A stretch of 64,000 bases of DNA from Lama guanicoe (lineage: Eukaryota): positions 1,302,001 to 1,366,000 of the forward strand of contig MU056123.1 of assembly GCA_013239625.1 (NCBI GenBank). The letters are read 5' to 3'. Shown in pieces: positions 40,294 through 53,039 of the stretch (its first letter is position 1; the number at the start of each line of letters is the position of its first letter). The notes under the pieces were generated by a model, which made no database searches, was not told where the DNA came from, and was given only the letters and a program-made list of their open reading frames with translations. Made by a program: the position numbers and the translations under genes.

Positions 40294-41092
40294 GTATAAT
40301 TAAGTAAAAATGATTATTTTTCTGAGCTTCCATGCCAGAAGAAAGCCACTGCCTGTCAGGTCTTTGGGGATATTTTCCTTTTCCCATTTTACAGATGGGT
40401 AGACTGGCACCCAAAGGAGAAGGGCCTTACTTAAGGCTACACAAGTCAATCCGAGGCTAAAGTGATTGAAAGAAAATTAATATTTTGCCTTCCTTTTTAA
40501 GATTTTAGCGCTCTGAAATGAGAGTTAAAAACTGTATCACTCACTGCATACCAGCCACTGTTTTAGGTACTTGATTTGTATTCATTCATTCCATCCTCAC
40601 AACAACCCTATAAGGTAGATGCTACTTTATCCGCGTTTTACTGATGAGGAAACTGAGGCCAGTGAGGTTAATCTCTTGCCTAAGGCCATACAGTCATCTG
40701 GGTCCAGAGTCCACATTTCTGCTCACTCTTTGTACTGTCACTTTGCCATACAGACTGGTTTTGGAAGGACCCACCAGGACCCAATCTCAGTGGTATCCTC
40801 TGGGGACAGGGGGCTGGGTAGCTGGGAGGCAGGGAAGTGGAAGAGGTTAACAACATACCTTCTGAATGACTGTATTACAAGTTCCAAAAAAAGAAGTACA
40901 ATATAAATTAAAATACGGTTCTATTAAAACTTTTTGAAAAGGTCAATCAGGAAGACCAGTTCAATTAAACAAGTAAAGTTTGGGTACTTGAAAAGGTTCG
41001 CCTCAGGAATCCAGGGAAATTTCTCAGTACTGGGTGACATCAAGCCATCGTGGGGATGGGGGAGGGCCTTCGCCGGAGGGGGCCCTGGGTAC

Positions 41093-41246
41093 CTCTGTGC
41101 CTTGCCTCCCTCGCCTTCTTCCTCCTCACTGGCATGGAGGGCATTTTCTGAGTGGGAGCCAGGGACGAAACCAGAGTCATCTGACTCATCGGTCAGGGAG
41201 CTCTTGTCCGCCTCGCTGAAATCGCTGGCCTCCTCCATCGGCACAT
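41093..41246 (-). CDS. PRKD2: PRKD2 exon 7 (acidic linker)
   Basis: [16 protein letters not shown]...[11 protein letters not shown]. Confidence 0.93.
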
Positions 41247-41321
41247 CTGGGGGGACCGGGGCATCAGAGGGGCCTCTGCCCAGCCCTGCCCGCCTTTCCT
41301 GCTCAGCCCCCAGCCTCTTAC

Positions 41322-41399
41322 CTCCGTTGATGAGCGCTTCCCCCAGACAGTCATTAGGGACGCGGGTGGCGCAGCGTTTGTGACAGTTGAACTTGCAGT
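41322..41399 (-). CDS. PRKD2: PRKD2 exon 6 (C1b end)
   Basis: [26 protein letters not shown]. Confidence 0.95.
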
Positions 41400-41749
41400 C
41401 TGGCAGGAGGACAGGGAACAGGGAGACAGGTGGGAGAGGGAAGAAAGAGGTCACCTCTAAGGGTTGACTCGACCCCTAGCCCCCCTAGTCTCAAAAGAGT
41501 TTGCTCTGGCTGTTTGGGGCAGGAAAGCTAAGTGACCCTTCCCTGGTTGTTCCTCTCTTGAAATCATAGTTCCCAGCTATGGGGAGGCTCGATTAAACAG
41601 AAGCCAAATGCAGTGTCTGTGATTTACACCCCTATGACCCTAAGGGTCTAGAGTTCTGACAGTGTAAATGTCCATCACCTTAGACTTCTACAATTCTAGA
41701 ATGTAATAGCACCTAACATGCTATGATTCTAGACTTCAGACTCCTGAGG

Positions 41750-41952
41750 GCAGGTTTCCCAACCTTTGGCACTATGACAATTTTTTTATTGTGGGAAGCT
41801 GTTCTCTACATCACAGGACTTTGAGCTGTGTCTTTGACCTCTAAGCATCAGATGTCCATAGCACCAGCCCCATCTGACAAACAAAAGTGTTTCCAAGCGT
41901 TGCCAAACATTCCTTCTTTGGGCAAAATTGTCCCTAGTTGAGAACCATTGCT
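41750..41952. mobile_element. MER20-like element
   Basis: caggtttcccaacctttggcactatgaca...tgacaaacaaaagtgtttcc...ttgagaacca. Confidence 0.6.
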
Positions 41953-41954
41953 TT

Positions 41955-42960
41955 AGATTTTGATGATTCCAAAGTTCTGGGATGCTATACATCAAAGATC
42001 TGAGACTAATTATGTGAAAACTTATTTTTCTAAGGTCCTATGATTCTAGATTTCCAAGACTACAGAGTTTGATGTTCAAGTTTCTAGCACTCTACACATC
42101 TGTGATTCTACAGTTCTATGATTCTAGATTGCTAAGATTCTTTGATATCTGAGATTTTAAGATATATCTAAACTAGTATTTGGTGACTCTACAGTTCTTT
42201 GATTGTAGACTTTGAATCAGCCTCTAGAATCTGATAGTTCCAAAGTTTTAGGATTCTGTATATCCAAGATTCTAGAAGTTTATGTTTCTATGACTCTTTA
42301 GCTCTAAACATCTACAATTCTAGAATTTGATTTTTCTGATGAATTCTTGAACTTGATGACTCTAACTTTTTATGGATCTAGACTTCTGGTATTCCAGAAT
42401 TCGATCATTCAAAGTTCTGGGATCATAGATTTCTAGGACTCTAGGATTCTATGGTTCCAAGGCTATACGATTCTAGACTTCTAAGACTCAATTTTGTTGC
42501 TTTTAGGTTTCTATTACTCTCAAATCCTATGATTTTAAAGTTCTAATATTCTGAGAATCTATAGTTTGACAGTTCTAAGATTTATGAAACTAAAGTTCTG
42601 ATTCTTTTCGCTGAATCCTGTGATCCAGAATTCTTGAAACTTACGTTTCCAAGGTTCTCTGACTCAAGAATTCTCAAGTTCTACAGTTTAAGAATTCCAT
42701 CCTAAGTGACATATGAATCTAGATTGCTCGCTTGCTTGCTTGCTTTCTTCTTTCCTTCCTTCCTTCCTTCCTTATCTAGGTACAGGAGATTGAACCCATA
42801 CTAAGCATGCATTCCACCACTGAGCTATATCCATTCCCAGAATCTAGATTTCTAAGGTTCCAGGATTCCAAGGTGCTAGGATTCCAGAATTCCAAAGGTT
42901 CTAGAATGCCAGGATTCTGGACACACCCCCTTCTGAGGCCCTGTGCTTCTAAGGATCAGA
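41955..42960. repeat. Degenerate GATTCTAG/TTCTAAGA minisatellite-like tract
   Basis: Dozens of ttctag/gattct/ttctaag words at about 8-bp spacing. Confidence 0.6.
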
Positions 42961-43009
42961 ACATAAATTCTGTTTTCTGCCACAAGCCCAGCTGAGACCC
43001 TAAGCCTCT

Positions 43010-43011
<2 letters not shown>

Positions 43012-43041
<30 letters not shown>
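43012..43041. repeat. (GT)n microsatellite
   Basis: About 15 GT units. Confidence 0.95.
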
Positions 43042-43043
<2 letters not shown>

Positions 43044-43116
43044 CTGGGGGTGGGGTTCTGGTGTTCTGACTCTGTCCCTTCCCATCCCAGCCCCAACGTG
43101 GGGGCTCCCCGCCTAC

Positions 43117-43339
43117 CTTTGCACTGCAGGCCCTGGCGAAAGAGGCCTTTGAGGAGTTTCTTGCAAGCCTGGCAGACAGTGGGCCGCGTGTAGCTGTGGA
43201 TGAGGAAGGTGTGTGGCACCTTGACCTTGGAGAGCAGCATCTTGTCCAGCTCGATGGGGCGACCCGTGTAGGATGAGGCAGAAGAGGAAGAGGACGATGA
43301 GGGTGGGCGGCGAGGGATGAGTTCGGTGGTGCTACGGCT
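43117..43339 (-). CDS. PRKD2: PRKD2 exon 5 (Ser tract, C1b start)
   Basis: [74 protein letters not shown]. Confidence 0.95.
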
Positions 43340-43453
43340 CTATCAGACAGCGAGGGAGAAAGGAACACCTCAGAGCATTGCTTGGGTCCCTGGGCCAGGC
43401 CACTCCCCAGCCTCCAACCCTCCCCAACCCTCCCCACTCCCCCAGCTCCTCAC

Positions 43454-43608
43454 CAGCTCATCAGCCATGCAGGGCAGGGACTCAGAGGTGCTGAGGCGCA
43501 CCGAATGGCCACTGGCCAATGACGTGGACGACAGGCGTCGCTTGCGGGCCCCACTACAGTTGTTGGGGATGCTGAAGGCGCAGCGCTTGTGGTAGTTCAG
43601 TCCGCAGC
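43454..43608 (-). CDS. PRKD2: PRKD2 exon 4
   Basis: CGLNYHKRCAFSIPNNCSGARKRRLSSTSLA...DEL. Confidence 0.95.
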
Positions 43609-43659
43609 CTGTAGGGGGCGCCAGACAGTCAGAGACATAGCATCCAATTGGGCGCCAAA

Positions 43660-45370
43660 GCTCTACCCACCTCTCCTTTTCTGAGGAACTGGAACAGATC
43701 CCTCAGGATGCCTCTTCATAGTGTGATTAATGTTAACAAAAACCTGCAAAACCCAATTCAGGCAGATCTGCTAAATGGCCAAGAGCCTTCGGGAATGAAG
43801 GTTTGGGCCACCCCACCAGGCAAAGCACCACAAGAGGGTGAGATGCTCGCTGAGGGCAAAGGGAATATGGATCCGGTGGTGGCAGGAAGGAAGCCACAAC
43901 CATGTCCCAGCTGCAGACATGAGGACTGTCCTGGTTATAAGTATTTCTTCCTTACGCTGTTATGAACATGTGTCTACCAAATATTTTTATTTTCTTCCTT
44001 TTTTCACCCTCTTATCACCTAACATACGATATTAACAACAACTTATATCATGATTTTTAAGTTACAGGAGATCAAAGGAGAAGAATGAACATCGCCCAAG
44101 GACATCATCTTCTGGGGAAAGGGTTAGCACATTTTTGGTGGTACTCAGGGCTGCAGTATCATATTAGGTAAAATTGTGACATTGTTATTTCTTTTCTTTT
44201 CTATTTTTAATCCTTGAATGACAGAGCCAGGATAAGCTTGTCATTTCCTGCTGGACTTCCTGAACGCTTCTCCAAAACATCTCCGGTGATTTCAAATGAT
44301 TCCAAGATGGCTCTCTGTTCTGGAGTACAGAATGTTGCTCTAGCCTTTGGAAGCTTCTCTTGGACACCTCATGAAGCCTGTCTTCTGGCAGATCGCCTGT
44401 TAGAGACTTTCTATCACAGTAGTTCATCTTAGGCACCATCTCAATTGCATGATGGGCCATTGTAGAGACAAGCTTGGGGAACGCTGTTGGTGAGATGAGA
44501 AGAGCTTCAGAACTGCAAAGAGCCTTTGCGTCCAGGAAAACCATTTCCCAGTTTTGAGTCACTCATATGCTTCACAGAACTTCAGAATCTCAACTCTGAC
44601 TCCTGGTGTGAGTATCAGGGTAGAATCAAACTCCTGTAGGAAGGCATCAGTGGCATTAAGGACAGGTATTTGGGCCTCTTTTGGAACCATACGAACTTGG
44701 ACCATCCTCTGTGAGGCTGAGCCGATGAAGTCCATTCAGAGAATGGCCATTAGAACTTGAGGACACCGGGGTTGCACCATGACAAAGGTTACATATACCA
44801 AGACATCAAGAGTTGGTTATGGCATGTGGACCATGGCCATAGTAATAGCAGCTTTGAATGTACTAAGTTGGGTTTCTTTTGCAGGCCTGATATAGCTATT
44901 ATCCCTAGAGTCCTTAAATAATGCCACAAGTATATTTAAATAATGCCTTAAATAATGACACAAGGGCCACATGATAACAATCCTAGATGATGCTGTAGGT
45001 CATCTGGAACAAAGGGTATCAGAGACTCCGAATTTCTATATGAGCCTGACAGCCACAAAACTGGAGATCCTGAGACAATGGAACATCTGAGAATATGCCT
45101 CTAAGAGAGGGGTGCACTGAACAAACAATGAGGGTGCCAATCGTCATTGTAGAACAGATGGTTCTCATTTGCTGTAGGTAGAGCTGAGCTGAGGTGGGTG
45201 TGCGGCTTTCATCCACAGGGGAGGTGTGATCTCAGTGTTCACGCTCAGAAGCATCAAAGACGGAAACAGTTAACCTGCAGATGCTGCCACTTGGGCTTAA
45301 CCCTGAGACATCTTGCCTCAAAGGAACACACTGTGTTCCTTTATTTTCCAAAGAATTTAGGGAGATGTGC
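43660..45370. mobile_element. Old ERVL-like internal sequence
   Basis: aatgaaggtttgggccaccccaccagg and similar ERVL-internal wording; adjacent to MLT LTRs; no intact ORF. Confidence 0.45.
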
Positions 45371-45378
45371 ATGGATGC

Positions 45379-45755
45379 TTGTTATGGACTGAATATCTGT
45401 GTTCTTCCCAAACCCATACGCTGAAGCCCTAATCCTCAATGTGACTGTATTTGGAGATGGGGCCCTTAAGGAGGTCATTAAGGTTAAATGAGACCGTAAG
45501 GATGGGGCCCTGATCAACGGGGTTCGGGTCCTTATAAAAGAGACATGAAAGAATCATGCTCATTCCATGCACCACATGAGCACACAATCAGATGGCAGCC
45601 ATCTGTAAGCTATGGAGAGGGCCCTCACCAGGAACCACACCCTATGAGAACCCAGATCTTGGACTTTCCAGCCTCCAGAACCATAAGAAATAAATTTCCA
45701 TTGTTTACACCATCCAGCCTGTGGGTACTTTGTTCTGACAGCCCTAGCCAACAGA
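45379..45755 (+). mobile_element. MLT1A/B-like MaLR solo LTR
   Basis: tgttatggactgaat...gtatttggagatgggg...ggactttccagcctccagaacc.taagaaataaa. Confidence 0.75.
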
Positions 45756-45779
45756 AGTGCCGAGCTGACAAGAGGTGGA

Positions 45780-46186
45780 CTCTGATGGTCAGCTTCACAT
45801 GTCGCTTGGCTAGGCTAGCAACCCCAGGTATTCAAATGTTTATCTACGTGTTACTGCAAAAGTATCTGGAGATGCGATTCAAACCCACAATTAGTGACTC
45901 TAAGTGAGGGGCGATTATCCTAGTTAATCAGAGTGGGTTTGTTTCAATCAATTCAAAGGTTTAAAGAGCAGAGTTGAGATTTCCCAGATGGAGAAATCCA
46001 CCTGTGGGTGGCAGCTTCCAGCTTCCGCTCCTGCCTGAGAGTTCCAGCCTGCCCTTCCTGACTGGCTGCCCTGAGGATTTCAGAGTTGCCAGTGCCCACA
46101 ATCCTGTAAGCCAATTCCTTCCAAAAATCCCTTAATATATGCCTCCCTGCTGGCTTTGTTTCTCCGGTTGATTCCTGACTGATACA
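45780..46186 (+). mobile_element. MLT2-like ERVL LTR
   Basis: tgatggtcagcttcacatgtcgcttggctaggc...gtaagccaattcctt...cctgactgataca. Confidence 0.7.
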
Positions 46187-46235
46187 GGCTCCGCCCTCTT
46201 CCCCATCACCCCTTTTCTCCAAGCTCTGCCCCTTA

Positions 46236-46715
<480 letters not shown>

Positions 46716-46789
46716 TTACTCACATACTACGTTCTACCTGGGTTCAAATCCCTGCTCTACCACTGCGCAAAACATTTAGGTGCTTATGC

Positions 46790-46983
46790 CAGGTACTGGG
46801 GGGAGGAGGAATGGGGAGTTGTTTAATGGGTACAGAGTTCCAGTTTTGCAAGATGAAAACAGTTCTGGAGGTTGGTTGCACAACAATGTGAACGTAATTA
46901 ACCCTCCTGAACAGTAGACTTAAAAATGGTTAAGATGGTAATTTTATGTTACAAATATTTCATCACAATTAAAAAAAAAAAAG
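46790..46983 (+). mobile_element. L1MB 3' end fragment
   Basis: tgtttaatgggtacagagttccagttttgcaagatgaaaa...aaatggttaagatggt...poly-A. Confidence 0.7.
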
Positions 46984-47899
46984 CCCACAGATGCTTGCGT
47001 CCCACCCTCAGTTTCTGATCTACCTGGACCTGGGGAAGAGCCGAGTCATCACGAGAAAAAACCAAACACCTGTGTATCTCGCTTTTCTCACCCTAAAAAG
47101 TGAATCCAACAAATATTTACTGGGCATTGTTCTAAGGGGTAAGGACACCGTATAGAACAAAACAGACAAAATCTCTGCCTGGCCTCTAGTGAGGGAGATA
47201 GAAAAAAAAAAGAAGATTCCTACTAACAATCACCCAGTGTAGCAGTTACTCTGTGCCAGGCACTGCTCTGAGTACTTTTTGATACTGACAAATTTAGCCC
47301 GCTCAAGAGTGAAGTACATCCTATTATTATCCCCATTTTCAAGGGAAGACTGTAGCACAGAGAGATTAGGCATCTTGCCCAAGGTGACACAGCTAGCAAC
47401 TCGTAATTGAACCCAGGCCAGTGTGGCTAGAGAGTGCGTGTTTTTAGCATGGTACTTACTGCCTCTCTGAAATTGTTGAGTAAGAAAATATACAGTAGGT
47501 GAGAAATCAATAAGTGCTTAGGAGAACAAATAAGCACGGAAGGGAGATAGGGAAGATGCAAGAGGTACAATTTTAAATAGGTGGTTAGGGAAGGCCTCAT
47601 TGAGAAGGTGACATTAAGACAAAGGCCTTAAAAAGGTAAGGGTATGAGCCAGGCAGGAATCTAAGAAATGCCCAGTATGATAATATCCCTTTATAGTTCT
47701 TTCTTATGGGTTAAATGAATAAATGGAAAGTTCTTAAAACAGTACCTGGTACATAGAAAATGCTCAATAAATGTTAGCTATTATTTTAAAAGTTTCATCT
47801 TTGGACTAACTCTCGTTCCTCTCCTCACCCCCAACTCCCCGCCCAAATTTCAGTCTAATATTAACCATTTTCCTTGGTATTACACAACGTTCAGGGGGT

Positions 47900-48760
47900 T
47901 TTCTTCTATGTACCAAGCACTGTTTACACACTCAGGATAAAGCTCTGCACAAGATAGATTTATAGCCCACTCTCAGAGAGCTGACATTCTACTGGGGAGA
48001 GAAACAAGAAACATAAAAACATAAAGAAACAAGGAAATTTCAAGCTATGGAGGAAATGGCATTCAAGCTGAGATCCAAATAACAAGAAGGTCCTAGCTAT
48101 GAAAATCTGGGATTGGGTCAGGGGTGAAGAGAACAGCAAGTGCAAAGGCCCTGTGGTGGGAGGGAGCTCAGAGACAGACAAGATGGCTGGGACAAAGAAA
48201 GTAAGAAGGGCAGAGGTGAATTCGGGGAATTTGGCAGGAGCCAGGTTCAGAACAGCCTTGAGACCATGTTGAGGAGTTTGCATTTTGTTCCAAGGGTAAT
48301 GGGGAGCCATGGGAGGATTCTGAGCAGTGGCGTGGCATGATCTGACTTACGTGCTACTGCAGTAGTCTAGGCAGGATGTGATGGTGGCTTGGACCAGTGG
48401 AGGTCGTAAGAAATGGATAAAGGTAAACCCAGTAGGTTTGATGAAGGAGCAAGTGAAGGGGTGAAAGAAACAGAGCCGTCAAGAATGGCCCAAGGTTTGG
48501 GGCATGAACACCTGGGTGAATGGTGATATCCTTCACCAAGCTTGGGAAGACTGTAGGAAGAGCAGACTGAGAAAGGGAAAAATCAAGATTTCTGTCTTGG
48601 ACAGGCCATCCCTGAGATGCCTAGAGGTGCCCAGTGAAAGTGTCAGGGAGATAGCTACATGAACCAGACTTGGGTCTAGGGGAGAGATCAGGATGAAGAT
48701 AAAAATCCGAGGATCACAAGCCTCTAAGACAGTATTTAAAACCTGAAAATAAGTTCACCA
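47900..48760. mobile_element. L2 fragments
   Basis: aacagcaagtgcaaaggccctg, ggcatgatctgactt, gggaagactgtaggaagagcag. Confidence 0.55.
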
Positions 48761-49620
48761 GGGACGTAAATCCAAACTTCTAATTGTCATCCATCCATTC
48801 AACAAATTTTACATTGCAGTAGTCAGGGTAGGGGCAGGAGGCAGGGGGAAGGGGAGGGGGGCAAGGGGAAGGGGAGGACATACAGCCATGAGTAAGGCAG
48901 GTACCTCCCACCCCCCACCCTCCCGAAGGAACCAAGGGCTATAGATTCCTCTAAGTGCTGAGAGCTTGCCCATCAATAAAATGGGAAAGGCCAGTTGAGG
49001 GGACTAGATTCTGGCTGAAAATACAGGTGCCCAGGTTTCATCACAGGCGGCAGAGTCTGATTTAATTTAGCATTTCATCGAGAGGAGACACAGGCAGCAG
49101 AATACTTTTAACTGTATATCAAAGTGTAACATAGGTCTAGAAAAGAACACATCAGAAGCGCACAGCTCAACGAATGGTCAAACTGTATATACCGTGTCAC
49201 TAGCTCTGATGGGTAAAGGGAAGTTTAGATCACTGTGCCCACCCTCCATCCATCCAACCAGCTTCTTCAAAGGCACCCATTCTAGTGGCTTCTAACAAAA
49301 TAGCGTAATTGTATCCATCTTCATTCTTCATATATGGATACAGTATGCAGTCTGATGTCTAGCTTCTGTCTCTCAGCATTAGGTGTGTGAGAGTCATCCA
49401 TGTTGTCGTGGACTGTTTATGTTCAGGGCTGTGTAAATCCCACGATGCGCATGATCACAATACATCTGCCCATTCCAGAGCAAAAAGCTCCCGAGGTGAT
49501 TCTAATTAGCAGCCAGGGCTTACAGCCGCTGGCCTCTACCTTTAAGAACCAAGTTTCTGGGCTCCCCTCCCCTCCCCTTGGCCCCCTTCCCTTCACCCCT
49601 AGGTGGCCTGGGCCTCTCAC

Positions 49621-49759
49621 CGGACAGCACCACCTCCACCAGATCGCCCTCCTGGATGTCGCTGGCGGATTGCACCAACTGCAGAAGGTTGGCCGACGTG
49701 GGATCATGTTTGAAGAGCAGGATCTTGTCATAAAGGCCATAGAAGCCACACTCGGGGAA
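49621..49759 (-). CDS. PRKD2: PRKD2 exon 2
   Basis: [46 protein letters not shown]. Confidence 0.95.
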
Positions 49760-50334
49760 CTGAGGGGCGGGAGAGGGAGGTGGTGACAGAAAAGTTCAAA
49801 GCTGCCTTAGGCAGCGGTCTGGAACCCTTCGAGGGCAGAGCCGCTGTTTCCCCCGGAAACTCAGAGACCCCGCAGCCCCTCGCTTCCTGCCTGCTTCCTC
49901 CCAAGCCCAGCTAGAGTGGGCCAGGATGCCAGGGCCCCAGGTGTGCTGGGACAGAACACTGGCTGGAGTTTGGCGGCTTTGGTAGCAGGACTAGAGAACT
50001 GGGTGGGTGGAGGGAGAGTGGCTCCAGGAGCGTGGGCACCTAGAATCTTCTGGGGGTGAGGGGAGCTGAGTGAGCACCCCTTCCCTCATCTGCCCCCACC
50101 TCTCACTCCCCCCAGCTTCCTTCCTAGATCTATTGTTGTCCCTGTTACCTGGCTCCAGGCCCAGCAGTGGGGCTGGGCCAGCTGGAAGGAGAGGATTTAG
50201 GACTCCTGTTTGGGGGGTGGGGGGGTGCTTACGGAAAGGCTAGAACTCAAGGGAGCTGAAGCTAGGCAGGGTGCCCCCCACCCGAGGTCCCGAGGACCCA
50301 GGTGTCCCGGTCCCCAACTTGGGGACGAAAGGCA

Positions 50335-50367
50335 GGAAATGAAACCTGGTAGAACAGAAAGTGAAAC
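50335..50367. promoter_or_regulatory. Tandem ETS-IRF composite (EICE) and ISRE in PRKD2 intron 1
   Basis: GGAAATGAAAC at 50335-50345 and AGAAAGTGAAAC at 50356-50367. Confidence 0.55.
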
Positions 50368-50997
50368 CGCCCAGGTGGAGCATCTGGAAGGAAGGAAAGG
50401 GGCCCGACCACACCTGGACAAGGAGGGCAGAAAATAAAACTGGGGTGAGGCCTGAGGGGGAAGGCTGAGGATTTGAGCATCGAACAAAGAATTTCACCCA
50501 GGGGACAATCTTCCCTCCTCCTCAGCCTGTTTTCCCAAGGAGCAGGTTGAGTTGGGTGTGGGAGCTGGGCCTGCTGGTTTTGAGGTTTGGGGGGATGGCA
50601 CAGAAAGCTCTGTCTGCTTTTGTTGCGGGGAGAGGGTCCACAGGTGCCCAGGACTGCCTAGGAGGTTTTTCTCTAAGCAGTTTCCTTGTCTGTAAAATGG
50701 GGGAGTCGGCTCAGTTCCTAATGTTTCCTCTGAAGCCCAAAGAACTCATTTCCAGGAGTCTGAGAAGATTCTAGAATTTGGCTATTTGGGGATTCCAACA
50801 CATTCACATTATAGAATTATGTCGTCTAGATTCCAACAAATTGTCATCATCCATTTATTTTAGGATTTTAACAACCTAGATTAGCAGTAATTTAATATTT
50901 TTAATGTTCTAGGAATCTGACAAACTAGGATTCTGATATCTGAACATCTTACCATTAAGGGGTTTCAACAACCCAGCATTCCAAAATTCTAACATGT

Positions 50998-51128
50998 TGG
51001 GGGAGGAGGGTACAGCTCAATGGTAGAGCATGTGTTTAGCATGCACAAGGTCCTGGGTTCAATCCCCAGTACCTCCATCAAAAAAAAACCCCACAAAACC
51101 CAATTACCCCCCAAAACAAACAAAAAAA
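50998..51128 (+). mobile_element. Vic-1-like SINE
   Basis: agctcaatggtagagcatg...ggttcaatccccagtacctcc; ctaacat TSD. Confidence 0.8.
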
Positions 51129-52050
51129 CTAACATTTTAATGCTCTAGAATTCCAACAACGAGGGAATCTAATACTGCAACATGTTTCTGTTTAAGAATT
51201 TCAACAGCCTAGGTTCTAACATTTGAACATTTTAATATCAGAGGAGTTCAATTACCTAGCAGTTGCATAGTCCAACAATTTTTACAGTTCAAAATTCCTA
51301 CAATAGAAAAGCCCACTATTGTAATTTTTAACATTCTAGGATTCAAGCACTGAGTCCCACCTGATTCCCCCTTGCCATGACCCCCAGGCCCCTGATGACC
51401 CTGGCACCCAAAGCTAAGAGTGGGGCGGGGTTGGGGAAGGCCCGTTTTCACAGGACAGCATCAGAACTGAAGGGTGGGGACACTCTGATCAGAAGAGGGG
51501 GACATAGACCTCAGAACCTCTGGGGATTGCAAAGAGGCACCCGCCCCTCCACACACACCTCAGGCCTGGAGGAGGACAGAGACTGGACTCTGAGACCTCA
51601 CTTGCCCCCGGCAGCTAACGCAGGCACCCACAGCCACACATGTCACCCGATCGCCATGGCCAACCCGGCTTCAATTTCTACTGTTTCCACCAAATGGGAG
51701 GCGGCGGATGGGCCTGGGTGGGGAGGTCCCCCCACTTCTGCCGCCCACACCTGCCCCCTCCTCTCGGCTTCTACACCTGCCCAGCCCCTCCCTTCCTCCC
51801 TGCAGTCTGCAGAAAACAAAACATGCAGGGACATGCAATTTGGGGAGGCCTCTGGGGCACCCCACCCTGACCAGGCCTCCCTGAAACGGGTAGTGAGGTG
51901 AGGAGGCAATTGGGGGCCAGTGCCCCATCTCCACCCACCAGTTGCCCAAGGCTTAGGCTCTCTCTCCCCCCACGAGCATGCCGCGCTGGAGGTCACCTCT
52001 GCCAGCGCCTCCCACCTCCAGACCTCTCCCCAAGCTGGATGTGCCCTCAC

Positions 52051-52290
52051 CTTCTGGTCCACGATGGAGCAAGCCAGCTGCTTCACATGGGCCAGCTCGG
52101 AGGCGGTGGGCAACAGCACAAACTCGCGAGTTAGCCCTATCTGGATGTGGAAGGAGACGCCCGAGCCCGGAGCCGGGACATGGGGCAGCAGCGGTGGCGG
52201 CGACTGAAGTTCCAAGCCGCCAGAGGGTGGAGGAGACCCCGGCCCGGGAGAGCCCGCGAGCCCGGCGCCATGGGAGGGGGCCGCGGCCAT
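52051..52290 (-). CDS. PRKD2: PRKD2 exon 1 coding part
   Basis: [10 protein letters not shown]...[17 protein letters not shown]...LACSIVDQK|gtgag; 240 nt. Confidence 0.95.
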
Positions 52291-53039
52291 AGGGCGAGGC
52301 CCAGGACCGGCCGCCCGGCGCCCACCCGGGATCCGGCTGGAGGAGCCTGGGCAGGGAGGCTCGGATCACTGGTGGTGAATTGTAAGTTGGTGGTGGGATC
52401 GCGGGGATCCCAGGGATCCGAGAAGAGAAACCTGGCAGGCTGAGAGGACTCAAGGATGGTGGGACCCTGGGAAATTAGAGAAAAGGGATCTAGTAGATCA
52501 GACGCCCACCCAGGAATCAGAGATCACAGAGGATCAGAAAGGAGAAATCTAATAGTTTAGGGGACCCAGCGAATGGGAGATTCCAAGATATCAAAGAAGA
52601 AAACCTAATAGATGGGGGTCACAGGGCTCATAAGAGCCCAGGATCCACAGGACTCCTGGAGAAAGACGGGACAGGAAAGGGAGCAGGGGGAGCCAAGAAT
52701 CTAGTGGCTCTAAGAAGAGGATCCATTTAAGAAAGGGGCCCGAGGTATTCACCAGACCTTGGGGGTGGAGAGCAGCAGTCTTTGAGTCGGGGATCGAGTG
52801 GGTGGATCCTGGGGATCGAGTAGATGGATCCCAGGGATCAGACGGCGGGCCCGGGGATGGGCAAAGGGATTCCGAGGCCGGGGTGCTAAGGAGGGAATCT
52901 CACGGGTCTCGGAAGTTGGAGAAAAATTCGGTCGGGGGCCGCGGAGAAGGGGATGTTACCGGCGGTAGTGGGGTGGCGGGGGGTCAAGGGAGGGTGGCCG
53001 GGCGCCTGGCACCCGCGGCTATTTTTTCCCCCTCCAAAG

